A DNA stretch of 64,000 nt. Source: Deltaproteobacteria bacterium (GTDB lineage: Bacteria > Desulfobacterota > Desulfarculia > Adiutricales > Adiutricaceae). The translations under genes and the position numbers were made by a program. The stretch covers positions 7,262 to 71,261 of the forward strand of contig JAITRL010000298.1 in assembly GCA_031288415.1 (NCBI GenBank), in the 5' to 3' direction. The notes beneath the pieces were generated by a model. The model had not been told where the DNA came from. It ran no database searches and saw only the letters and a list, made by a program, of their open reading frames with translations. Positions 19,351 to 27,430 of this stretch are shown one piece after another (within the stretch, counting starts at the first letter, position 1; each line of letters starts with the position of its first letter).

Positions 19351-19448
19351 CCCAAAGGCTCGAGGGGGCCCGAGCCCAAAGGCTCGAGGGGGCGCAAGGC
19401 CCAAAGGCTTGAGGGGGCGCAAGGCCCAAAGGCTTGAGGGGCTCAAGG
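19351..19448. repeat. 24-25-bp tandem repeat x4 (CCCAAAGGCTYGAGGGGGCSCRAGG), 86-183 bp upstream of the cstA start
   Basis: Units at 19351, 19375, 19400 and 19425, read directly. A degenerate fifth copy lies just upstream (about 19311). Confidence 0.85.
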
Positions 19449-19905
19449 GACTCCGGGCCGGCCAACAGCCGGCGCGCGGCTCCCCAGGGGACGGCGCATC
19501 CGGCGCCGGGCCTTGCCTGTTCAGGCCGGGCGCCCCGCCAGAAGCCTTCCGGCGCCCTGAAAATTCCCCGGAACCTTCAAGCCGCGGCGGAGCCCGGAAT
19601 ACCTCCGCTCCTGCCGCCCCCCTAAACTGCCCCGGATTCTCAAAAATTTTCCCGAAGGCCTGCGGGGGGCTGCCGGTTCCTCCAAATCCTCCGGAATTCT
19701 GTCCGGCCGAAGCGGATGGCTTCTTCAGAAGCCCTAAGGGCGGCTCCGCGCCGGTCCCAAAATGCGGCGGGGCGGCTCTGGAGGGCGCGGAAAGCGCCAG
19801 GCCGAAAGGCCCGCCCGAGCCCGGGAGGTATCCTTGTCCTCCTCCAGCAACCAGCCTTTCGCCCCCGGGCGGCTATTCGAACGGATAACCATTTTGGCCC
19901 TGTAA

Positions 19906-20605
19906 TTGTACAGAACTGTTCAGCAACTCCAGTAAACCTGACGGGGAGTTGTACAAGACAGGACAGCAACTACGCAGATTTTAACAAAGAGTTGTACAAA
20001 GCGGTGCAAACTTTTCGAAACGAGGCTCAACAGTTGGCCTGATTATAATGAAAAGCTGTACAAGGCAGTTTAAAAGTTGTTCATTAATTTAGCAGAAATT
20101 ATGGGATATCAAAAACAATTATATTATTTTAATATCGAGTTGTAGCGGACAGGACAGCAATAATTCGAGGGCTGTGGAAATATTGTACAAAACAGAACAA
20201 CGGGTAACATAGTCCAGAGCAGATATTGTACAAGACTGATCCGAAGGAACCCAAGGGCAGAGCAGATGTTGTACAAGGCAGATCCGCAGTAACTCAAGGG
20301 CAGAGTCAAGTGTTGTACAAGACAGAACCTCAAGAACTCAAGGATTGTACAGGGTCTGTACAATGCGTGAAAAATTGTTCCCCAAAGGCGCTAGAAACAG
20401 GAGGCGGGTCTGCCCGCCAAAGCAGGACAACGCAAAAACTGAGTTGTGCGAGATTGCCTGAAGTTGTACAAAGGTGATCGGATGTTGTACAAGTGAATTT
20501 TAGAATTGTGCAGTGCAGATAGCGTGTTGTACAAGACTAAACAGGAACTGAACTAGGGGTTGAGCAGGGGTGAGCAAAGCGAAAAGTACAAGCTGTAGCT
20601 GTACG
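19906..20605. promoter_or_regulatory. Phased array of TTGTACAA palindromes (iteron, centromere or operator-like) in a low-GC block
   Basis: - Perfect TTGTACAA at 19949, 19992, 20183, 20226, 20269, 20313, 20464, 20485 and 20527.
- One-off variants at 19906, 20056, 20345 and 20356.
- Degenerate copies at 20140, 20444 and 20506.
- The spacings are 43/44 bp or 20/21 bp, or sums of these. Confidence 0.85.
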
Positions 20606-21196
20606 GTAAAAATCCGAAGCCGGGCAAGTGCGAAAGCAGGGCAAGAACTTTTCTGGGGTCCTCCCGAAAAAAACCCGTCCGGGCCGCCTGCCGCTACAAA
20701 AACCCTGTCGGCCGAACGCCAGGGCCGCAGAAGCCCCTGACATCGGCCCTGAGGCGCCGGGGACCCTGCCGCCGCAGGAAATGCCGAAGGCCGCGAGTCG
20801 GCGCAACCAAGGGAATCCGCTAATCAGGGAAGACCGAAAGGCCAGGGGCCGCCAGATCGCGCCTTACGCCCCGCGCCTTCTGCGGGAAAGCCTGAAGGCC
20901 GCTTGCCCTTGCCCCCACCGGGTTTCGGGCTTTCCGAAAGCCTTAAGGCGGCCTCAACAGGACCCGGGGCGAGCGCTTCCGCAGGCAAAGCCGAATTAAG
21001 GAAGCCGGCTTGCCGCCCAGGCGAGGCGCATGACCTGACGAGGCTCCGCATGTTTAACAAAATAGCACATGGTCGCCTGTAATCCAATACGTTACGCAGG
21101 CTGGAAAGCCAGCCGCGCCTCCGCCGGCGGCTCTCCTAGAGACCCGCCGGCGGCCGCTCACGGGCCGCCCCCGGCGGCATCGGCCGCCGGGCGGCA

Positions 21197-21226
21197 TTGA
21201 CAGCCTTGAAAATCCTGTGCTAGCTT
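21197..21226 (+). promoter_or_regulatory. Candidate sigma70-type promoter (TTGACA-18 nt-TAGCTT) ending 7 nt before the ATG at 21233
   Basis: TTGACA at 21197-21202 and TAGCTT at 21221-21226. The -10 box is weak. If used, the transcript would be nearly leaderless. Confidence 0.25.
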
Positions 21227-21232
21227 CTCCCC

Positions 21233-21922
21233 ATGCGGAAGAGCATCTTCGTCATAACGCTTCTGGCAAGCTCCTTTCTTCCTCCTTCCTGGGGCCTCGC
21301 CTCCTTGAAGGGCACGGCCTTCTGTTGCGCCGATCCCCTCCTGGCCGCATCCGTTCCCGCAGAGGCCCAGGCTCTCCCTGACCCTCCCCCGCAAGCCTCC
21401 TTGCCCGCGCTCCTCGGCTCTGGCCCTGGAGCTGACCTGTCGGCCTCAGCCCAGCCGTCGGCCGCAGCCGGCCAAGACACTCACGGCGGCCGCCATGCGG
21501 GCCCCGCCGCTCACCGCGACCGCCAAGATTCCCCCGCGGCTCACGAGAGCCGCCATGCGGGCCCCGCCTCTCACGGCGACCGCCAAAATTACCCTGCGGC
21601 TCACGAGAGCCCCCATGCGGGCTCCGCCTCTCACGGCGATCGCGGCCATGTCCCGGCCGGCCGCGTCGCAAACAGCGCCAACCACGCCTCGGGCCCTGCC
21701 GGCGACCCCGCCTCACGGAGCCATGAGCTGCCCTCAGAGGACGCCGCGCAGGCCGGGCATCCTTCATGCGGCCTTCTGAGCTGCGCGCAGGCCCCTACGG
21801 CGGCCATGCCTGAAGCCTTCCCCTTTATGCTGCAAGCCGCCGCGGCAACTTCCTTCCCCGCCCTCGAACTCGCCCGCCTTTCGCCTTTTCCCCCCGCCCT
21901 ATTCCATCCTCCACGCCCCTGA
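21233..21922 (+). CDS. Candidate secreted histidine-rich repeat protein (possible periplasmic metal-binding protein)
   Basis: - Signal-peptide-like N-terminus MRKSIFVITLLASSFLPPSWGLASL.
- About 2.8 copies of a 20-aa unit (H-E-S-x-H-A-G-P-A-S-H-G-D-R-Q-x-x-P-A-A).
- It lies upstream of the cus genes on the same strand.
- Coding status is uncertain, because spurious ORFs are common in high-GC DNA. Confidence 0.35.
   Translation: MRKSIFVITLLASSFLPPSWGLASLKGTAFCCADPLLAASVPAEAQALPDPPPQASLPALLGSGPGADLSASAQPSAAAGQDTHGGRHAGPAAHRDRQDSPAAHESRHAGPASHGDRQNYPAAHESPHAGSASHGDRGHVPAGRVANSANHASGPAGDPASRSHELPSEDAAQAGHPSCGLLSCAQAPTAAMPEAFPFMLQAAAATSFPALELARLSPFPPALFHPPRP
21480..21650. repeat. 60-bp tandem repeat, about 2.8 copies (encodes the His-rich units)
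   Basis: Units 21480-21539, 21540-21599 and 21600-21650 (partial) are near-identical on direct reading. Confidence 0.85.
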
Positions 21923-22327
21923 TACGCGCTTCCCGCCTCCAAATTCTTTTCCCACGCCCGCAAGCCGCTATCCGGCGCCCCGTCCTTCAGGCGGTCCGCC
22001 ACGGACAGGCATCCATCCGCCCTTTGCCCTTCTCGGCGCAGGCTTCCGCGCTCCGGTCTCGTGCCGAAGTTCGCCGCCGCGGCCCGTCCGAGCCTTTGAG
22101 GCCTTCAGACTTGCGGCGCCTTTGAGGCCAACGGCCTGCTGAGGGCCGCAAGAGGACCTCAAGGACACCTGCGGGCTTAAGACCCGCTCAGGCCGGAAAA
22201 CCGCCTCCAGCCGCAAGCCGCTTCCAAGAGCGCCCTCCAGGCCCATAACGCCAAGCCCAAGCCGCGGCCGCGGCTGATGAGCGGCCCTTGGTTCCGTCTG
22301 AATCCATGCATTGGCTCCGGCTTAGTA

Positions 22328-22601
22328 CAGGCCTTGGCCCCGGCTGCGGACCGCCGGCGGGACATGCTTTGGCTACGGCAGTGCAGCCTGCCTCGGCCCG
22401 GTTCAGGAACAGGCCTTGGCCCAGGCTGAGAGCCGCAGGGGAACATGCTTTGGCTGCGGCCGTGCAGCTTGCCCTGGCTCAGTTCCCGGGCAGGCCTTGG
22501 CCTCGGCTCCGGGCCGGAACAGGCCTTGGCCCCGGCTGCGGGCCGCCGGCGGGACATGCTTTGGCCACGGCCGTGCAGCCTGCCTCGGCTCCTGCCCGCA
22601 A
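22328..22601. repeat. 81-82-bp tandem repeat, three full units plus one 29-bp truncated unit, 255-530 bp upstream of cusC
   Basis: Every unit starts with CAGGCCTTGG, at 22328, 22410, 22491 (truncated) and 22520. Each full unit contains GGGACATGCTTTGGC..CGTGCAGCCTGCC. Confidence 0.85.
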
Positions 22602-22855
22602 CAGGACTCGGCTCCGGTTGCGGACCCGGCTCGGCTTCAGGCTTGGCGCCTGTCAGCTTCGGGCCCGGCTTAGGCTTGCTGCCGGGCCGCAGGCCCGGCG
22701 CCCGCGCCTGCCATTGGGCCGCGCCCTTGGAAGTCCAGTCCGGCAAGTCCGAAAACCGCAAACCGAGACCGGCGCCGCGGCCACGTCAAATCACCTTCCG
22801 GAGCAGGGAAGACCTTGCCGCTCCCGGCCCGGAAGCCTCAAGCAGAGGCGCTCCC

Positions 22856-24430
22856 ATGCCTGAAACAGTTCCTCCGCGCGCGACGGGCGCAAGACCCGGC
22901 TCACCTACGCCTCCCCGCGCCCCGGCAGGCGCCGGTTTCCGCGGGCTTCTCCCGGCCGCGTGCCTCCTCGGCGCGCTTTCCCTCCTGGGCTGTTCCCTGG
23001 CCCCGGACTATGTCCGCCCCCCGGCCCCGGTTCCTGCGGCCCTGCCGGGGGCCGGCGCCCCTTCCGGCCAGGGCGCCGCGCCGGCGGCCGCGGCGGGGGA
23101 GGTGGGCATCGGGGTCTTTTACCCCGAGCCCAGGCTACGGGCGCTCATCAGCTCGGCCCTCGCCAACAACAGGGATCTCAGGATCAGCTACCTGAGCATT
23201 CTGGAGGCCAGGGCCCAGTCCGCCATAGCCAGGGCCGAGAGGCTGCCCGTGCTGGAGGCCATGGCTTCGGAGACTGTCTCAGGCGGGAGAAGGCTCCGGA
23301 GTTCCGAAAGCTTCACGGCGGAACTGTCCGTGCCTTCCTTTGACCTGGACCTCTTCGGCAGGCTGCGGAACATGGACCGGGCCGCCTACGAGGAATACCT
23401 CTCCTCGCGGGAGGCCTGGCGGGCCTTCCGGATCGCCCTGGTCTCCCAGACCGCGGAAAGCTATCTGGCCTGGAGGCTGGCGGAGCAGAAGCGCCAGGCG
23501 GCGGAGCGCGCCCTCGCCTCATGGCGCGACTCCCTGGCCTTCATCGAAAAGAGGATAGTCTCCGGCCAGTCCGATCTGCTGGAGCTCGAGCAGGCCCGGG
23601 GCCAGGCCGAGTTCGCGGAGGCGCGGGTCTCCGCCCTTAAGGCGGAAGCGTCCATGGCCCTCAACTCCCTGGGGCTCTTGGCGGGAAGCTTTTCCCCGGC
23701 CGGCCTCCCGGAGCCTTTGGACCTGTCCGCCTGGGAGCCCGCCGGCCTCGCGGGCGAGATACCCTCCTCCGTTCTTCTGGAAAGACCGGACGTCCTGGAG
23801 GCGGAACACATGCTCGCCGCGGCCGGCCACGACATCGGGGCCGCGAGGGCGGCCTTCTTCCCCTCGGTCAGCCTGACCGGGGCCCTAGGCTTCATGAGCG
23901 GCGAACTCAACGAGCTCTTCACGGCCCCGGCCGAATCCTGGCGCCTCGGGCCGGCCGTCTCGGTCCCGCTGTTCGCCGGGGGCCGCAACAGGGCGGGCCT
24001 CGCCCTCGCCGAGGCCCGCCGCGACAAGGCCGTCGCCTCCTACGAGAAGGCGATCCAGACGGCCTTCAAGGAAGCGGCCGACGCCCTGGCAGCCAGGGCG
24101 GATCTCAAGGCCCGCCTGGAAGCCTCCCGGCGCCTTCTGGCCACCAGGCGCCGGACCCTCTCCCTGGCCGAGGGGCGCTACCTGGGAGGGACCTCCAGCT
24201 ACCTGGAGGTCCTGGACGCCCAAAGGGAGGTCTTCGAGGGGGAGATGGATTACCTGGATGCCCGCAAAGCCTGGCTCTCCAACGGGGTGAGCCTGTACGC
24301 GGCCTTGGGAGGAGGGCTGGATCCCCGCGGCCTTCCTGAGGCCCCCGAGACCCCGGGCAAGCCTCCGGAAGCCCCTCCGCCGCCGGCCGCGCCGCCCGGC
24401 CGGGCGCCCCGCGCCGCCGGCGCCCCCTGA
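22856..24430 (+). CDS. cusC: Efflux transporter outer-membrane factor lipoprotein (NodT/CusC family)
   Basis: - The in-frame ATG at 22856 gives a lipobox (LSLLGC) followed by SLAPDY, the typical NodT N-terminus.
- TolC-like repeats continue to the end.
- The ORF upstream of 22856 runs through the tandem repeat and is probably not translated. Confidence 0.85.
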   Translation: MPETVPPRATGARPGSPTPPRAPAGAGFRGLLPAACLLGALSLLGCSLAPDYVRPPAPVPAALPGAGAPSGQGAAPAAAAGEVGIGVFYPEPRLRALISSALANNRDLRISYLSILEARAQSAIARAERLPVLEAMASETVSGGRRLRSSESFTAELSVPSFDLDLFGRLRNMDRAAYEEYLSSREAWRAFRIALVSQTAESYLAWRLAEQKRQAAERALASWRDSLAFIEKRIVSGQSDLLELEQARGQAEFAEARVSALKAEASMALNSLGLLAGSFSPAGLPEPLDLSAWEPAGLAGEIPSSVLLERPDVLEAEHMLAAAGHDIGAARAAFFPSVSLTGALGFMSGELNELFTAPAESWRLGPAVSVPLFAGGRNRAGLALAEARRDKAVASYEKAIQTAFKEAADALAARADLKARLEASRRLLATRRRTLSLAEGRYLGGTSSYLEVLDAQREVFEGEMDYLDARKAWLSNGVSLYAALGGGLDPRGLPEAPETPGKPPEAPPPPAAPPGRAPRAAGAP

Positions 24431-24814
24431 AGGATTCCGCCTTCAGGCCCCGGCCCTCTGGCCTTGCCCGTTAAACCAGGCGCGCCTGAACCTTGCGCCT
24501 TCAGCCGCGATCCGCAAGACGCTTCCAATCCTTGCGGCAAATGACCGCTGACCGGGCCTGTCGACAGCCCCCCAGCCCCTGCGCCGCCCGCGGCCGCCGG
24601 AGCCCGTCAACGTTGCCGGGGAAGCAACCCCCGGACAGGATTACCGGGGAACCGGCCTCCGGACGTCGCCCCGGCTCGTTCCCCTGAAGCCCTTGCCTGA
24701 ACCCTTCAGGCGACGCCCTCCCGCGGCCGTTCCACGTCCGGGGAAGGCTCTTCCCGCCCCGGACCCTCACCCCCCTTCACGGGGCCCTTGCGGCCCTGAT
24801 TCGGAGACCCCGCA

Positions 24815-25225
24815 ATGACCAAAAGAACAGCTAACCTCCTTTTCCTCCCCGCGCTGGCCCTGGCGCTCCTTTTCCTCCCCGCCCCCGCCCTCCTCGCCCA
24901 GGGGCACGTCCACGGCGACGGGCACTCCATGCAAGACCACGCTGGAGGCCAGACGGCCGCGCCCTCCCAGCCCGCGGCATCAGCCCCGGTCATCGTGGTC
25001 TCCCGCGGCGTCGTCAGGGGCGTGGACAGGGCCGCCGGCACGGTGATTCTGGATCACGAGCCCATACCGTCCTTAGGCTGGGAGCGGATGACCATGACGT
25101 TCCCGGTGGAGGATCCGGCCCTCCTGGACGGTCTCGCCGAAGGGGCCGAGGTCCGCTTCGATCTTAAGGTCACGGGCTCCGGCGCGGGCGCCGCCTACTC
25201 CGTCACCGACCTGGAGGCCCAGTGA
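24815..25225 (+). CDS. cusF: CusF-like periplasmic copper/silver-binding protein
   Basis: Signal peptide, a His-rich segment (HVHGDGHSMQDH) and the CusF core GVVRGVDRAAGTVILDHEPIPSLGWERMTMTF. Confidence 0.8.
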   Translation: MTKRTANLLFLPALALALLFLPAPALLAQGHVHGDGHSMQDHAGGQTAAPSQPAASAPVIVVSRGVVRGVDRAAGTVILDHEPIPSLGWERMTMTFPVEDPALLDGLAEGAEVRFDLKVTGSGAGAAYSVTDLEAQ

Positions 25226-26763
25226 TGGCCGGCCGGAACTCCCTGGCGCGGCAGGCGCCCCCCCCCGCCGGCGGCGCGCCGCGGGCCTTTCTCCCCCTCG
25301 CCGCTCCAGGGGCGGCGCAGGGCCTTGCCCTGTCCCTCTCCCTGGCCCCGGCCCCGGCCCTGGCCCTGGCCTTAGCGCTGGCCCTGGTCTTGCCCCTCCT
25401 CCCCTCCCCGGCCCGGGGGGAGGTGGGGCAAACGCAGGGGCACCGGCATTCCCCCGATGCCGCCTCCCCGCAAGCCGGCCCGGCCGATGTTCCTCAGCCT
25501 GGCCCGCCGGCCGCCCCTCTGGCCGGTCCGGCCTCCGCCCCGGAGGAGCCCTCCGGGGCAGGCGCGGGCGCTCAGGGCCGGAAGGTCCTGTACTGGTACG
25601 ACCCCATGTACCCGGCCGAGCGCTTCGACAAGCCCGGCAAGTCGCCCTTCATGGACATGGACCTGGTGCCAAGGTACGCGGACGAGTCGGGAGGCGCGGG
25701 CATCGTGATCGACCCGGTCCAGCTCCAGAACCTGGGAGTGCGGACAGAGAAGGCGGAACTGGGGCGTCTCTCGTTCTCCAGGGACTTTCCGGCGGACGTG
25801 GACTTCAACAGCCACATGATCGCCCGCATTCAGCCGAGAGCCGCCGGCTTCGTCTCGGATACGGCCCCCCTGGCCGCAGGGGACAGAGTGGCTGCCGGGG
25901 CCCTGATAGCGGCGGTGACCGTGCCGGCCTGGGCCGCGGACCAGTCCGAGTACCTGCTGCTCAAGGCCCAGAACGCCGGAAAGTCCATCGTGGAAGGCGT
26001 GCGGGAGAAGATGCGCCTGTCGGGAATGCCGGAGGAGATGCTCGCCGCGGTGGACTCCACGGGGAAAATCCAGACCGAGCTCAGGATCAGCTCCCCTTTC
26101 GCGGGAGTGGTGACGGCGCTGGACGTGTACCCAGGCATGAACGTCGAGAAGGGCATGACCCTGGCCGTGGTGCAGGGCGCCGATCCGGTTTGGGTCACTG
26201 CCTGGGTCCCGGAGAGGGACCTCCACCTCGCCCGGGGCAGGGCGCGCCTCACCCTCCCGGCCTACCCTGACCGTGCCTTCGAGATACTGTCGGCCGAGCC
26301 CCTCCCCAAGGCCGATCCCGTCACCCGGACCGTGCCGGTGCGGCTCACGGTCCCCAACCCGGAAGGGCTCCTCATCCCCGGCATGACAGCGAGGGTGAGG
26401 CTCAGGTCGACCGCTGGCGAAACCGTGCTCATCCCCACCCAGAGCCTCATAGATCTGGGCGGCGACGACAAGCGGGTGGTCGTCCGGGCCCCGGACGGGA
26501 GTTTCCTGCCCAAGCGGGTCGCGGCAGGCCTGAGCTCACGGGACCGCACCCAGGTGCTTTCCGGCCTTGAGCCGGGCGAGGAGGTGGTGACAGTGGGGCT
26601 TTTCCTCATCGACTCCGAGGCCAACCTGCGCGGGGCCCTCGACAGGCTTCGCGGAGGAAAGCCGGAGCCGGCCGGGGAGGAGGCTCCGCCAGGGGAGGCC
26701 CTGCCCCAGAACGGCGGGCCCGGCCCCGCCGTCATCGGCTCCCGGCCTTCCGGGGACTCCTGA
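25222..26763 (+). CDS. cusB: Efflux RND periplasmic adaptor subunit (CusB-like)
   Basis: - The KVLYWYDPMYPAERFDKPGKSPFMDMDLVP motif is typical of CusB-type adaptors.
- A HlyD-like barrel-sandwich follows it.
- The start overlaps the cusF stop (GTGATG). Confidence 0.85.
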   Translation: MMAGRNSLARQAPPPAGGAPRAFLPLAAPGAAQGLALSLSLAPAPALALALALALVLPLLPSPARGEVGQTQGHRHSPDAASPQAGPADVPQPGPPAAPLAGPASAPEEPSGAGAGAQGRKVLYWYDPMYPAERFDKPGKSPFMDMDLVPRYADESGGAGIVIDPVQLQNLGVRTEKAELGRLSFSRDFPADVDFNSHMIARIQPRAAGFVSDTAPLAAGDRVAAGALIAAVTVPAWAADQSEYLLLKAQNAGKSIVEGVREKMRLSGMPEEMLAAVDSTGKIQTELRISSPFAGVVTALDVYPGMNVEKGMTLAVVQGADPVWVTAWVPERDLHLARGRARLTLPAYPDRAFEILSAEPLPKADPVTRTVPVRLTVPNPEGLLIPGMTARVRLRSTAGETVLIPTQSLIDLGGDDKRVVVRAPDGSFLPKRVAAGLSSRDRTQVLSGLEPGEEVVTVGLFLIDSEANLRGALDRLRGGKPEPAGEEAPPGEALPQNGGPGPAVIGSRPSGDS

Positions 26764-27430
26764 AGGCCTCCCTGGGCCCTCCGCCTGCCGCGCGCCCGGC
26801 AACCCCAGTCCTTTAGCCCTTGCCGGGACCTCAGGGCGCCCCGAACCGGGCTCCATGGCCAAGCCCCTCCGCCGCCCGGAACCTCATGGCCCGCTCTCCC
26901 CCTGAAACCTCCGAAGCGCGCTTGGCGCCTTCTTTGGCCGCCCGCGCCTTTTCGCCCCTTAGCCTGCTCCGGTTAGCATTTTTCCGCCTCACCGCCTTTG
27001 CGCGTCAAGGCATTTTCCCCTCTGCGCCTTTGCCTTCTTACGCCTCTGCGCCTTCGCCTTCTTACGCCTCTGCGCTTTGGCCCATTATCGCCTTTGCGCG
27101 TCAAGGCATTTCCGCCTCTAAGCCTCAGCGCTCTCTCGCCGGCGCCCTTCCTCGGCTCAGCCTTCGCGGGCCGAAGCCTTCGGTCCCGAAGGCCTTCCGG
27201 CCCCTGGCGCTTGAGCCGTCAGGCTTGCACAGGCCCGCCCTCCTTTGCCGCCCGCAGGCCCGCCGCTCGCCCCGGAGTGCCGTGCCCCGCCTCTCCAAAG
27301 CGCCTTCCCGGCCGGGTCTCAGGCCTTCCGGCCCCCGGGCCTTAAGCCTTCCCGCCTCTTTCGGCCTTAAGGCCGCGCCCCGAATTTCCCTTGGCCGCCG
27401 CGCGATTTTCCGCGGCGGCGGAGACCGCCC

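Noticed and set aside
19906-20605. The TTGTACAA array as a CRISPR array or as the chromosomal oriC.
   Set aside because: **CRISPR**
- The periods of 43 and 21 bp, with about 8-20 bp conserved, are far too short.
- The spacers are partly conserved.
- There are no cas genes in the window.

**oriC**
- No TTATCCACA-type DnaA boxes were seen.
- No dnaA or dnaN is adjacent.
- Hand-sampled C>G skew has the same sign on both sides (8.6 kb versus 27-58 kb).

A plasmid-type iteron or centromere, or an operator array, remains possible.
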